In this document: positions 1 to 10,209 of the stretch, piece after piece
Layout of the letters: every line of letters begins with the position of its first letter
Position numbering within the stretch: the first letter of the stretch is position 1
DNA from: Dehalococcoidia bacterium
Lineage (GTDB): Bacteria; Chloroflexota; Dehalococcoidia; DSTF01; RBG-16-68-14
DNA: 64,000 nucleotides
Direction: 5' to 3'
Assembly: GCA_040882355.1 (NCBI GenBank)
Contig: JBBEBM010000053.1
Coordinates: 1-64,000 of the forward strand
Position numbers and translations under genes: made by a program
Notes under the pieces: model-generated
The model's input: only the letters and a program-made list of their open reading frames with translations
What the model was told of the DNA's origin: nothing
Databases searched by the model: none

Positions 1-48
<48 letters not shown>

Positions 49-384
49 ACGAATGACATTGGTTCTTGGGCTCTTTCAGCAGCCTGCTTGGCACCCGTGG
101 CTGCCTGGTCTAGGGCCGCCCCAAGGAGGCAGAAGTTGCTCCGTGCCGAACACGCCATGCAGCTTCAGCTTTCCTTGCGACGACGCGCGAAGGTAGCTAT
201 TATGGTAAGTAGCTGCAGAGCGGAGCACGCCCGATTCCTTCCCGCCACCAGCTTCGGGCCTCTGTTCACTGCCGAGGCCGCCCCGCAGCCTCACCCCTAA
301 TGAATAGCCTCGGCACCCTCTTTCACCCACCAACACTCTCCCTTGACAGCCACCCGCCGCTCTCGAATACTCGTTAGCGCCGAA

Positions 385-903
385 ATGAACGCACCTGACA
401 TCACGCAGCTCGACCGTGAGGACATCCTGTCCCGTTCGTCGCGCAGCCGGCAGGCGCTGCTTGACGCGGTCCGCCGACTGCCAGTTGGTGAATTCAATCG
501 CGCGCACGGCAACGAGTGGAGCGCCGCGACCCTGCTGCGGCACGTCGTCTGGGTCGAGTTCTACTGGACGGCGCTCGTACGGGAGCTCCAGCAGCGCGGC
601 CAGCCTACTCTCGACATCGACAAGACGGTCAGCGAAAACCTGGCCCGCGAGGCGTCTCGACAGGCGGGCACGCCGCCGGAGCCGCTGCCGGAACCGCCGC
701 CCTACGCGACAAGGGACGAAGCGCTGCGCGGGCTCGACGACTCCCGGCGCGCCTTCGCCGATGTCGTCGCATCGCTCACGGCCGACGACCTCCAGCGCCG
801 GTTCTCGAATTCTCGCGGCGTCGCGTCGCTGCGCTTCGCTGTCGAGCACGTGATCGAGCACGACTGGGACCACGCGGTGCAGATCGCCGGCCTCCGAGCG
901 TAG
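385..903 (+). CDS. DinB family protein
   Basis: WSAATLLRHV and EHVIEHDWDH histidine motifs; ATG at 385 preferred over TTG at 343. Confidence 0.75.
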   Translation: MNAPDITQLDREDILSRSSRSRQALLDAVRRLPVGEFNRAHGNEWSAATLLRHVVWVEFYWTALVRELQQRGQPTLDIDKTVSENLAREASRQAGTPPEPLPEPPPYATRDEALRGLDDSRRAFADVVASLTADDLQRRFSNSRGVASLRFAVEHVIEHDWDHAVQIAGLRA

Positions 904-922
904 GACAAAAAGGACAACCACC

Positions 923-1876
923 ATGCCACAGGTCGAAACGCTTCGCGGCCCCGTCGACACCGCTCAGCTCGGCGCCACGCTCATGCACGAGCACGTCTTC
1001 GTCCAGTCGGAGGGCGTCGCTCAGAACTTCCCCTCGGTCTGGGACGAGCCGCCCCAGACGAACACCGCCCGCGCGAAGCTACGGGAGCTCGTCGAGACGG
1101 GCGTGCAGACGATCGTCGATCTGACTGTGATGGGACTCGGGCGCAACATCCCGCGCCTGCGGCAGGTAGTGGGCGACATTCCGCTCAGCGTCATCGTCGC
1201 CAGCGGCCTCTACACGTACAACGAGCTGCCCCACTATTTCCAGAACCGCGACGCCGACGCCATGGCCGACTTGTTCGTCCAAGACATCACCGAGGGCATT
1301 CAGGGCACGAGCGTCAAGGCCGCGATCCTGAAGGTGGCGACAGACGAGCCGGGCGTGACGCCGGGCGTCGAGAAGGTGCTCCGCGCCGTCGCGCGCGCCC
1401 AGCGCCGCACGGGCGTGCCGATCTCCACGCACACCCACGCCGCGACTCGCCGCGGGCTCGATCAGCAGGCGATCTTTGAAGAGGAAGGCGTTGACCTGAG
1501 CCGCGTGATTATCGGCCACAGCGGCGACACCGAGGACATCGAGTACCTGGAGGCGCTCATGAAGCGCGGCTCGTTCATCGGCATGGACCGCTTCGGGCTC
1601 GACCAGATCCTGTCGATGGAGAAGCGCGTCGGCGTCGTCGTCCGCCTCTGCGAGCACGGCTACGCCGGCCAGATGGTGCTCGCCCACGACGCGTGCAGCT
1701 ACATCGACTGGTACCCGATGGAGGCCGTGCGCTCCGTCGTGCCGAACTGGCATTTCGCGCACATCAGCCGCGACGTGCTGCCCGCGCTACGCGCGGCCGG
1801 CGTCCAGGAAGAGCAGATCACGCAGATGATGGTGCACAACCCCCGCCGGGTCTTCGAGCACGGAGGAACCTACTAA
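923..1876 (+). CDS. phosphotriesterase-related amidohydrolase (PHP/PTE family)
   Basis: TLMHEHVF, ISTHTHA, IIGHSGD, LAHD motifs; AAGGA SD. Confidence 0.9.
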   Translation: MPQVETLRGPVDTAQLGATLMHEHVFVQSEGVAQNFPSVWDEPPQTNTARAKLRELVETGVQTIVDLTVMGLGRNIPRLRQVVGDIPLSVIVASGLYTYNELPHYFQNRDADAMADLFVQDITEGIQGTSVKAAILKVATDEPGVTPGVEKVLRAVARAQRRTGVPISTHTHAATRRGLDQQAIFEEEGVDLSRVIIGHSGDTEDIEYLEALMKRGSFIGMDRFGLDQILSMEKRVGVVVRLCEHGYAGQMVLAHDACSYIDWYPMEAVRSVVPNWHFAHISRDVLPALRAAGVQEEQITQMMVHNPRRVFEHGGTY

Positions 1877-1885
1877 CGCCCCGAG

Positions 1886-3112
1886 CTAGCTCGCCTGGCG
1901 CTGGGCGGCGGCGCGGGCCATGGGGTCGACCGGCGAGCGGCCGCGCTCCTTCTCGCTCTTCCGCTCGCGCTTGGCGGCCTCAAGGTCGTTCTGGGCGCGT
2001 TCGAGCAGCGCGTGCGCGGTGGCGCCGTCCTCCGGGAAGCACGTGATCGCCACGCTCACCGTGACGGGCTGCGCTTCCGCGTCGCCGCTCGCGAAGATCG
2101 AGACCTGGGCCACGCTGGCGAGGAGCCGCGTCGTCGTGGTGACCGCGGCCGCCCGATTCGTCTCGGGCAGCAGCACGGCGAAGTCGTCGTCCCGAATGCG
2201 CGCGACGATCTCCGGCGGTGACACCGTCTCGGCGAGCGTCGTCGCGACGGCGCGCAGGAGACGGTCGCCCATCGACTGCCCGAAGGTCGAGTTGAACTCG
2301 CCGAAGTCGTCGAGGTCGAGCAGCACGAGCGAGAGGCCTCGCCCGTAGCGACCGGCGCGCACCATCTCGCTCTCCAGCTCGTGGAGCAGGTAGCGCCGGT
2401 TGTGCACCCAGGTCACCGGATCGACATCGCTGAAGCGGAGGGCCTCGTCACGGACGAGCAGGTCTCGCAGGCCGAGCGTCAGGTGCCCGGCGAGCAGCTC
2501 CAGCGTCTCGACGTCGATGTCCTCGCGATCAAAGGCGAAGACGACCATACCCAGCGGCTCGCTCTCCACCACCATCGGCACGAAAGCAAGCTTGCGCACG
2601 CCCAGCGTCTCATCGGCGGCGCGCCAGCGCTCCTCCTCAACCTGGCCTTGCATCAGCGTCGCGAAGCTCCGGCGGAGCGCCACCTCGCCGTCCTCAAGGA
2701 TGCGAAACAGGTCGTTGTTCTGGACCAGCGAGAACTCGAGCGCGGTCAGGTCTTCCTGGAAGGCGTCCATCGCGGCCTCCAGGCGCGAGTCGTGGCAACC
2801 CTCCAGGGCGGACGCCCGCAGGAGCTGTCGCTTGCGGTCGAGGAGCAGCGGGTAGACGAGGATCGCGCCCGTGACCGTCGGCGCCTGCTCCATGAGCATC
2901 GCCATCATCTCCTCGATCGTGGCGGTGCTGTGCAAGAAGAGCGAGAGGATCCCGAGGCCGTGGAGCTGCCGCTCGCGTTCCGTCTCACCCGCCTCGCCGG
3001 GCGCGTCCTGTTGCGCGGACATCGGATAGCCCGGGCGACCCTCCGGCGCGTTCTCGCCTTGGTCTCCGTCGTCAGTCGGCTTCTTCCAGCGCAGCCACGG
3101 CGTCTTAGCCAT
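1886..3112 (-). CDS. GAF + degenerate GGDEF domain protein
   Basis: DPVTWVHNRRY, LLDLDDF..FN..FGQ.MGD; active-site motif reads RIRDDDF instead of RxGGDEF. Confidence 0.85.
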   Translation of the reverse strand: MAKTPWLRWKKPTDDGDQGENAPEGRPGYPMSAQQDAPGEAGETERERQLHGLGILSLFLHSTATIEEMMAMLMEQAPTVTGAILVYPLLLDRKRQLLRASALEGCHDSRLEAAMDAFQEDLTALEFSLVQNNDLFRILEDGEVALRRSFATLMQGQVEEERWRAADETLGVRKLAFVPMVVESEPLGMVVFAFDREDIDVETLELLAGHLTLGLRDLLVRDEALRFSDVDPVTWVHNRRYLLHELESEMVRAGRYGRGLSLVLLDLDDFGEFNSTFGQSMGDRLLRAVATTLAETVSPPEIVARIRDDDFAVLLPETNRAAAVTTTTRLLASVAQVSIFASGDAEAQPVTVSVAITCFPEDGATAHALLERAQNDLEAAKRERKSEKERGRSPVDPMARAAAQRQAS

Positions 3113-3806
3113 CGATCACTCCCTGCTCCTCGCGGGCCTTCATCCGCAGGTACACTTTGCCGTTCTCCTGAGGGATCACCTCGCAGAGGCGGTCCATCGA
3201 CATGCCGACGTTTTCGCCGAGCAGCTCCAGGTCCAGCTCGCCCTCGGTCCGCACCGAGATCACCGGCACGCCGTTCGCGTAGCTGATCAGCGAGATCTCC
3301 TCCACACCGGGCATGGTCAGCAGCGCCCGGTGCAACGGCACGAGATCGACCGAGCCTTCCCGGTCCTCGACCGTCATCAAGTACTGCTTCGGCAACAGGT
3401 CGATGCCGCGGCGCCCGAGCGGCTGCGGCCCCTCTTGCGCAGGCTCCGCCGCGCGCTCCATGCGCTCCCGTTCGATCCGGTCCCACAGGCGATCGAACGT
3501 CTCGCGCGTGCCCGGCGTCTGGACGGGCGGCGTGGACTGGTCATCGTTTGCGGCGCCTGTCGCCGACGCAAGCTCAACTTGAGGCTCAGGCGCCCGCGCA
3601 GGCTCAGGCACCGGCTTGGTGCTCGTCGCGGGCGCTGGCTCGCCGCCGTCGGCGGCGAGGCTGTCGCGCAGCAGCATGACAGCCCGCGTCGCCTGGCGCA
3701 GGCTCCACTCCAGCTCCTCCAGCGCTTGCTGCCACGCGGACGGCGCAGCGTTGTCGCCGGAAGCGCCTTCCAGGGACTCCTTGGTCAATCGATCCTCCTG
3801 GACCAC
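3105..3806 (-). CDS. hypothetical protein, overlaps the GGDEF gene start (translational coupling)
   Basis: native codon bias, AGGAG SD before GTG, 8-bp overlap. Confidence 0.7.
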   Translation of the reverse strand: MVQEDRLTKESLEGASGDNAAPSAWQQALEELEWSLRQATRAVMLLRDSLAADGGEPAPATSTKPVPEPARAPEPQVELASATGAANDDQSTPPVQTPGTRETFDRLWDRIERERMERAAEPAQEGPQPLGRRGIDLLPKQYLMTVEDREGSVDLVPLHRALLTMPGVEEISLISYANGVPVISVRTEGELDLELLGENVGMSMDRLCEVIPQENGKVYLRMKAREEQGVIDG

Positions 3807-3933
3807 GCAATTGCTCCTATCTCATGTTCGGCACTTCGGGCAGCGCCATTCACATCTGTCGGATAAGCTGGACGAGCCAGGGAGCTTCGTGTATCATCGC
3901 CACGCTGGCCCAGATTCACCCAGGAGGAGCGGC

Positions 3934-5187
3934 ATGACCACCGGCGCCAAGGAGATCTACGAGGTAGGCGAGCTGCCGCCCATCGGCGAAGTGCCGCCTC
4001 AAATGTACGCCCAGGTGATCCGTAGGGAGCGATTCGGCGAGCCGAGCAAGGCTTTCGCGCGCGAACGGGTGCCCGTGCCCGAGATCGACCCAGACGAGGC
4101 GCTGGTGCTCGTGATGGCGGCAGGCATCAACTACAACAACGTCTGGGCGGCCCTGGGTGTGCCCGTCGATGTCATTCGAGTTCACTCCCAGCTCGGCGAC
4201 GACTCCGGGTTCCACATCGGCGGCAGCGACGCCTCGGGCATCGTCTACGCGGTCGGCGCCGGCGTGAAGAACGTTAAGGTGGGCGACCATGTCGTGGTGC
4301 ATTGCGGCGTCTGGAAGGAAGACGACCCGTTCATCAAGGCGGGCGGCGACCCCATCGTCGCGCCGAGCGCCAGGATCTGGGGCTACGAGACCAACTGGGG
4401 CAGCTTCGCTCAGTTCACGAAGGTCCAGGCGCATCAGTGCCTGCCGAAGCCGCCGCAGCATACCTGGGAGGCGGCCGCCGCGTTCATGCTCGTCGGCGCG
4501 ACGGCGTATCGCATGCTCACTCACTGGGCGCCCCACACCGTGCAGCCGGGCGACGTCGTCCTCGTCTGGGGCGGCTCCGGCGGCCTCGGGTCGATGGCGG
4601 TCCAGATCGCGAAGGCTCTCGGCGGTACCGCGGTCGCCGTCACGTCGAGCGACGAGAAGGGCGAGTACTGCAAGCGGCTGGGCGCCGCCGGCTACATCAA
4701 TCGCAAGCAGTTCGATCACTGGGGCATGCCACCCCATTGGACGGACGACGAAGCGTACAACGCCTGGACGCTAAAGGCGCGCGCGTTCGGCAAGGCGCTC
4801 TGGGACGTGCTCGGCGAGCGCAAGAACCCGCGCATCGTCTTCGAGCACCCGGGCGAGGACACGATCCCGACCTCGATCTTCGTCTGCGACAACGGCGGCA
4901 TGGTCGTGATCTGCGCGGGCACCACCGGCTACAACGCTGTCGTGGACCTGCGCTACCTGTGGATGCGCCAGAAGCGCCTCCAGGGCTCGCACTTCGCGAA
5001 CGACGAGCAGTGCGCCGGAATCAACCAGCTCGTCACCGAGGGCAAGGTCGACCCCGCCCTCTCGCACGTCTACCAGTTCGACGAGGTCGGCCTCTGCCAC
5101 CAGCAGATGTACGAAGGCAAGCAGCCGGACGGCAACATGGCCGTCCTGGTGAGCGCCCCTCGCGAGGGGCTGACCGACGTGCCGTAG
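3934..5187 (+). CDS. ccrA: crotonyl-CoA carboxylase/reductase
   Basis: [51 protein letters not shown] at 3922-3927. Confidence 0.93.
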   Translation: MTTGAKEIYEVGELPPIGEVPPQMYAQVIRRERFGEPSKAFARERVPVPEIDPDEALVLVMAAGINYNNVWAALGVPVDVIRVHSQLGDDSGFHIGGSDASGIVYAVGAGVKNVKVGDHVVVHCGVWKEDDPFIKAGGDPIVAPSARIWGYETNWGSFAQFTKVQAHQCLPKPPQHTWEAAAAFMLVGATAYRMLTHWAPHTVQPGDVVLVWGGSGGLGSMAVQIAKALGGTAVAVTSSDEKGEYCKRLGAAGYINRKQFDHWGMPPHWTDDEAYNAWTLKARAFGKALWDVLGERKNPRIVFEHPGEDTIPTSIFVCDNGGMVVICAGTTGYNAVVDLRYLWMRQKRLQGSHFANDEQCAGINQLVTEGKVDPALSHVYQFDEVGLCHQQMYEGKQPDGNMAVLVSAPREGLTDVP

Positions 5188-5197
5188 CCCCGTGATC

Positions 5198-5228
5198 CGG
5201 TAGCGGCGACCTTTAGGTCGCCACCAGC
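5198..5228 (+). repeat. GTAG-type REP-like hairpin
   Basis: GTAGCGGCGACCTTTAGGTCGCC; second copy at 21944-21974 with 2 mismatches in 31 nt. Confidence 0.75.
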
Positions 5229-5305
5229 GTCACGTCTTGCAAAAGGCGCGTTTCCCGATGGCCAGGCTTCACCCTGGCACACTCGGTCGACCAGTGGAGG
5301 CCCTC

Positions 5306-5737
5306 ATGACTGACGTAGATTCGATCCTCGGCGTGAAGGTCGGCGACACCGCCGAAGTCACCAAGACCGTCTCCGAGCAAGACATCGTCGACTTCGCGCG
5401 CGTTACCGGCGACGAGCAGCCGCTCCACCTCGACGACGCCCACGCCGCGAAGACGCGCTTCAAGCGCCGTATCGCCCACGGCATGCTCAGCGCCGGACTG
5501 ATCTCGGCGGCGCTTGGCGTGAAGCTGGCGCCGAACGCCACCGTCATCTACCTGAGCCAGTCGCTGCGCTTCCTGCGCCCGGTCTACCCGGGCGACACCG
5601 TCACCGCCAGGGTCGAGGTCACGGCCATCGACCCTGAGAAGCGCTTCGTCACCTGCTCCACGGAGTGCGTGAACCAGGACGGCCAGTCCGTCCTCACCGG
5701 CGAGGCCACGGTGCTGTTGGACGCGCTGGGTGGGTGA
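5306..5737 (+). CDS. MaoC/PhaJ-like (R)-specific enoyl-CoA hydratase
   Basis: FARVTGDEQPLHLD and IAHGM hydratase-2 motifs; GGAGG SD. Confidence 0.88.
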   Translation: MTDVDSILGVKVGDTAEVTKTVSEQDIVDFARVTGDEQPLHLDDAHAAKTRFKRRIAHGMLSAGLISAALGVKLAPNATVIYLSQSLRFLRPVYPGDTVTARVEVTAIDPEKRFVTCSTECVNQDGQSVLTGEATVLLDALGG

Positions 5738-5740
5738 CGA

Positions 5741-5932
5741 TTGGCGATGCTCAGACTGCGATTCGTCGCAGCTTCACTCCTCATTACGGTGCCGCTTGCC
5801 ACATCTCTCACGGCCCTCCTGCTGGGTATGTCGGTGATCTTGTGGCTTCTGATCGGTCTAGGCTTGGCCTCCTTCAACGCCTTGACGTTGTTTGTGATCT
5901 GCAAGCAAGGGCTGACTGAGTACGATTGGTGA
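5741..5932 (+). CDS. small membrane protein, two predicted TM helices
   Basis: hydrophobic 63-aa ORF filling the gap, atypical composition. Confidence 0.4.
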   Translation: MAMLRLRFVAASLLITVPLATSLTALLLGMSVILWLLIGLGLASFNALTLFVICKQGLTEYDW

Positions 5933-5972
5933 TTCCGATGGCTCGAGTCGAATGCGGTATACTAGTCTCGCC

Positions 5973-7661
5973 ATGGCCACGAACGGCCCCAGCAACGGCA
6001 AGCCCGAGGACCTGCGCTCCGCCCTCGCGGAGTGGGAGGAGAAGACGCTGCAGCCCGCGCTGAAGCGCTCGCCGGAGCGCGACGCCGCTTTCGAGACGAG
6101 CGTCGGGCCGGTCGAGCGCCTCTACACCTCGCTAGACATCACCGACACCGACTACCACCGCGACATCGGCTACCCGGGCGAGTACCCCTACACCCGCGGT
6201 GTCCAGCCCACGATGTACCGCGGCCGCCTCTGGACGATGCGCCAGTACGCCGGCTACGGCACCGCCGAGGAGAGCAACGAGCGCTTCAAGTTCCTCCTGA
6301 CGCAGGGCCAGACCGGCCTCTCCGTCGCCTTCGACCTGCCGACGCAGATCGGCTACGACTCCGACGACCCGCTGGCCGAGTCGGAGGTGGGCCAGGTGGG
6401 CGTCGCCATCGACTCGCTCCAGGACATGGAGACGATGTTCGAAGGCATCCCGCTCGACCAGGTGAGCACGTCGATGACGATCAACGCCCCGGCGCCCGTG
6501 CTGGTGGCGATGTACATCGCCGTCGCCGAGAAGCAGGGCGTGCCCTCCGGCGACGTGATGGGCACCGCCCAGAACGACGTGCTCAAGGAGTACGTCGCGC
6601 GCGGCACCTACATCTACCCGCCTCGCCCGTCGCTGCGCCTCGCCGCCGACCTGATCACCTACTGCGCCGGCTCCGCGCCGAAGTTCAACCCGATCAGCGT
6701 CAGCGGCTACCACATCCGCGACGCCGGCTCGACCTCCGCGCAGGAGATCGCCTTCGCCTTCGCCAACGCCATCGAGTACATCGAGGCGTGCCAGGCGCGC
6801 GGCTTCGGCGTCGACGAGGTCGCGCCGCGCATCTCGTGGATCTTCAACACCCACAACAACTTCTTCGAAGAGGTCGCCAAGTACCGCGCCCTCCGCCGCA
6901 TGTGGGCGCGCCTGATGCGCGATCGCTTCGCCGCCGAGGACCCGCGCTCGTGGTTGCTGCGCACGCACGTTCAGACGGGCGGCGCGACGCTCACCGCCCA
7001 GCAGCCCGAGAACAACATCGTGCGCGCGTCGCTGCAGGCGCTCGCCTCCGTGCTCGGCGGCATCCAGTCGCTCGCGCTCTCCTGCTACGACGAAGCGCTC
7101 GCCATCCCGACCGAGGACGCCCAGCGCATCGCCCTCCGCACCCAGCAGGTGATCGCCCACGAGACCGGCGTCACCGACACCGTCGACCCGTTCGCCGGCT
7201 CGTACTTCGTGGAGAGCCTGACGAACGAGATCGAGCGCCAGGCGCAGGAGTACCTCGACCGCGTCGAGGACATGGGCGGCGCTGTCGCCGGCATCGAGTC
7301 CGGCTACATGCAGCGCGAGATCCAGGAGGCGGCCGTTCGCCAGCAGCAGGAGATCGAGGACGGCCGGCGCGTCGTAGTCGGCGTGAACAAGTTCGTGACC
7401 GAGGCGGAGCAGCCCCCCGCCATCTTCCGCGTCGACAGCGAGCGCGCGAAGAAGCAGGTCGAGCGCGTGCGCCGCCTGCGAGCCGGGCGCGACAACGAAG
7501 CCGTCAGCGCCAGCCTCGCCCGCCTGAACGAGGCCGCTCGCGGCGACGACAACCTGATGCCGCCGCTCCTCGACGCCGTGAAGTCGTACGCCACGCTGGG
7601 CGAGATCTGCGGCGAGCTGCGCACCGTCTTCGGCGAGTACACGCCACCGACGGTGGTCTAG
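5973..7661 (+). CDS. B12-dependent acyl-CoA mutase, substrate-binding large subunit (methylmalonyl-CoA mutase family)
   Basis: [41 protein letters not shown]; no DxHxxG cobalamin-binding domain. Confidence 0.93.
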   Translation: MATNGPSNGKPEDLRSALAEWEEKTLQPALKRSPERDAAFETSVGPVERLYTSLDITDTDYHRDIGYPGEYPYTRGVQPTMYRGRLWTMRQYAGYGTAEESNERFKFLLTQGQTGLSVAFDLPTQIGYDSDDPLAESEVGQVGVAIDSLQDMETMFEGIPLDQVSTSMTINAPAPVLVAMYIAVAEKQGVPSGDVMGTAQNDVLKEYVARGTYIYPPRPSLRLAADLITYCAGSAPKFNPISVSGYHIRDAGSTSAQEIAFAFANAIEYIEACQARGFGVDEVAPRISWIFNTHNNFFEEVAKYRALRRMWARLMRDRFAAEDPRSWLLRTHVQTGGATLTAQQPENNIVRASLQALASVLGGIQSLALSCYDEALAIPTEDAQRIALRTQQVIAHETGVTDTVDPFAGSYFVESLTNEIERQAQEYLDRVEDMGGAVAGIESGYMQREIQEAAVRQQQEIEDGRRVVVGVNKFVTEAEQPPAIFRVDSERAKKQVERVRRLRAGRDNEAVSASLARLNEAARGDDNLMPPLLDAVKSYATLGEICGELRTVFGEYTPPTVV

Positions 7662-7688
7662 GCGGCGGAAGCCAGCCCTCCACCCATC

Positions 7689-9326
7689 GTGGCACCGCCC
7701 GCCCCCGCTAACACTCCCGCTGACCTCCACTCGCCCGCCCGCGGCCCCGTCTTCGGCAAGCGAGGCGTCGCTGCGAGCGGTCAGCCGCTGGCGACGCTTG
7801 CCGGGCTCGACGTGCTGCGCGGCGGCGGCAACGCGATCGATGCCGCGCTCGCCGTCTCGGCCGTGATGGTCGTCACCCAGCCCTACTCGAGCCACCTCGG
7901 CGGCGACGCCTTCACGATCATCCGCACCGCTTCCGGCGAGACGGTCGCGCTGAACGCGGGCGGCCGGGCGCCGCTCGCCGCCACACCCGAACGCTTCCCG
8001 GACGGGGTGCCGCTGCGCGGCCCGACCGCCGTCGCCGTGCCGGGGCTGGTCGACGCCTGGTGCGCGCTCCAGCAGCGCTTCGCCACCAGGCCGCTCGCCG
8101 AGCTGCTCGCGCCCGCGATCGCCCTCGCCCGCGACGGCTTCCCGACCTCGCAGAGCCTCGGCCGCGTCGCGCGCGGATCGCAAGACGAGCTCACCGCCGA
8201 CCCCGGCTGCAACGAGGTCTTCTTCGGCGAGGGCGTGGCCCGTGCGGGCAAAATCCTTCGCCAGCCCGACCTCGCGCGCACGCTCGAAGCGATCGCGTCG
8301 GACGGCCGCAACGGCTTCTACGGCGGCGCGGTAGGCAAGCGCATCACCGCGTACATGGAGGAACATGGTGGTCTGCTCTCGGACGAGGACCTGGCCCGCG
8401 ATCAGGCCGTCTGGGGCGAGCCGCTTCGCGTCGACTACCGCGGCTGCACGGTGTACGAGCAGCCGCTGCCCTCGCAGGGGTTCCTCGCGCTCGAGGCGCT
8501 TAACATCGTCGAGGGCTTCGACCTCGCGAATGCGCCGGCGACATCCGCCGACGCCGTCCACCCCTGCGCCGAGGCGATGCGCCTCGCCTTCGCCGACCGC
8601 GACGCCCATGTGGGCGATCCGGACGCCGTCGAGGTGCCGATCGAGCGCCTCCTGTCGAAGGAGCACGCTGCGGAGCTGCGCCAGCGCATCACAAACGGCG
8701 CGGAGGCGCCGACCACGTCGGCGCTGCGCGGCGGCGACACGACTTCGTTCGCCGTCGCGGACGAGCAGGGCAACCTGGTGAGCTTCATCCAGAGCATCTT
8801 CCACCCGTGGGGCAGCGCCGTCCTCGTGCCGGGCACCGGCGTCCTGCTGAACAATCGCATGCTCGGCTTCTCGCTTGACGCGGCCAGCCCGAACGCGCTC
8901 CGGCCCGGCATGCGCACCGTCCACACGCTGAATACCTGGCTCCTCGATGGACCCGACGGCGTCGTCTACGCCGGCGGCACGCCGGGCGCCGATTTCCAGG
9001 TGCAGACGAACCTCCAAGTGATCACGAACCTCGTCGACCGCCGCCTCGACCCGCAGAGCGCCATCGACGCGCCGAAGTGGGTGCTCACGGCCCGCGGCGA
9101 CCTCGCGCCGAAGTGGGTGCTCACGGCCCGCGGCGACCTCGCGCTCGAAGGGCGCTTCCCGCAGGAGACGCTCGACGAGCTGTCGAAGCGCGGCCACCGC
9201 GTGAAGCCGGGCGCGGCCTGGGAGACGACCTTCTCCCGCAGCCAGCTCGTCGCCCGGCGAGCGGACGGCACGCTCCTCGCCGCTTCCGACCTTCGCGGCG
9301 AGGGCTCGGCACTCGGCTGGAGCTAG
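7689..9326 (+). CDS. gamma-glutamyltransferase family protein
   Basis: GGNAIDAA, GDTTSFAVAD nucleophile Thr, GTPGAD. Confidence 0.9.
   Translation: MAPPAPANTPADLHSPARGPVFGKRGVAASGQPLATLAGLDVLRGGGNAIDAALAVSAVMVVTQPYSSHLGGDAFTIIRTASGETVALNAGGRAPLAATPERFPDGVPLRGPTAVAVPGLVDAWCALQQRFATRPLAELLAPAIALARDGFPTSQSLGRVARGSQDELTADPGCNEVFFGEGVARAGKILRQPDLARTLEAIASDGRNGFYGGAVGKRITAYMEEHGGLLSDEDLARDQAVWGEPLRVDYRGCTVYEQPLPSQGFLALEALNIVEGFDLANAPATSADAVHPCAEAMRLAFADRDAHVGDPDAVEVPIERLLSKEHAAELRQRITNGAEAPTTSALRGGDTTSFAVADEQGNLVSFIQSIFHPWGSAVLVPGTGVLLNNRMLGFSLDAASPNALRPGMRTVHTLNTWLLDGPDGVVYAGGTPGADFQVQTNLQVITNLVDRRLDPQSAIDAPKWVLTARGDLAPKWVLTARGDLALEGRFPQETLDELSKRGHRVKPGAAWETTFSRSQLVARRADGTLLAASDLRGEGSALGWS
9068..9139 (+). 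repeat. exact 36-bp tandem duplication, in frame within the GGT gene
   Basis: cgcgccgaagtgggtgctcacggcccgcggcgacct twice; APKWVLTARGDL twice. Confidence 0.95.
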
Positions 9327-9429
9327 AAAACCTAGTTCCCTGTGCATCTCTCGGATGCTAGACTCAGGGGCGTTTGCCCTCGAAGGGCGCACGCCTCAAC
9401 ACACCTACTGACAGACGGAGGAGCGGCAC

Positions 9430-10173
9430 ATGAACAAGCTAGACGGGCAGGTGGCGATCGTGACGGGCGCCTCGCGCGGCATCGGCCGGGCGGTGGCGAA
9501 GGAGCTGGCGGACTGGGGCGCCGCCGTGGTCGTCAACTACTTCCAGAGCCAGGAGCCGGCGGAGGAGCTGGTCGGCGAGATCGTGAGTAGCGGGGGCAGG
9601 GCGATCGCCGTGCGGGCAGGCGTAGGCCACCCCGATGACGTGCAGGCGATGGTGGAGAAGGCGCTCGCTGAGTTCGGCCAGATCGACATCCTGGTGAACA
9701 ACGCCGGCGTCAACCGCGACCGCACTCTGCGGCGCATGTCCGTCGAGGAGTGGCAGGAGGTGATCAACACCGACCTGAGCAGCGCGTTTTACTGCACCAG
9801 CGCCGTCCTTCCGCACATGATCGAGCGCACCTACGGACGGATCATCAACATGTCCAGCATCATCGGCCAGATGGGCAACGTCGGTCAGGCGAACTACGCC
9901 GCGGCCAAGGCGGGCCTGATCGCCTTCACGAAGTCGGCGGCCCAGGAGGTGGCGCGATACAACATCACGGTCAACGCCATGTGCCCCGGCTTCGTCGAGA
10001 CCGACATGGTGATCGCCCTCACCGATGAGGTGAAGGAAGCGCTGCTCAGCCGGGTGCCGCTGGGCCGCTTCGGCAAGCCGGAGGAGGTCGCCGCGTTCTG
10101 TCGCTTCCTCTGCACGGAGGGCGACTGGATAACCGGCCAACAGCTCAACCCCAACGGCGGCATGTACATGTAG
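9430..10173 (+). CDS. phaB: acetoacetyl-CoA reductase / 3-oxoacyl reductase (PhaB/FabG-like SDR)
   Basis: TGASRGIG, NNAGVNRDRT, NYAAAK, C-terminal NGGMYM resembling PhaB. Confidence 0.65.
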   Translation: MNKLDGQVAIVTGASRGIGRAVAKELADWGAAVVVNYFQSQEPAEELVGEIVSSGGRAIAVRAGVGHPDDVQAMVEKALAEFGQIDILVNNAGVNRDRTLRRMSVEEWQEVINTDLSSAFYCTSAVLPHMIERTYGRIINMSSIIGQMGNVGQANYAAAKAGLIAFTKSAAQEVARYNITVNAMCPGFVETDMVIALTDEVKEALLSRVPLGRFGKPEEVAAFCRFLCTEGDWITGQQLNPNGGMYM

Positions 10174-10209
10174 CGGCCTCCGGGCCGGCAACGCCAGGGA
10201 GGTGAGATC

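Noticed and set aside
49..90. TTTCAGCAGCCTGCT resembling an IS/MITE terminal repeat
   Set aside because: Single short match with no partner end or transposase in the window
3616..3933. N-terminal extensions from the ORF track for ccr (likewise 14293-14700 and 53237-53836)
   Set aside because: Overlap neighbouring genes or repeats; internal starts, with an SD for ccr and the PPOX gene, fit better
9068..9139. 36-bp repeat as a CRISPR array
   Set aside because: Two adjacent copies, no spacer, in frame in a CDS, no cas genes
6132..9392. 1086-aa minus-strand ORF and similar long antisense ORFs (e.g. 58206-60167, 37246-38835)
   Set aside because: Shadow frames of real GC-rich genes; no motifs
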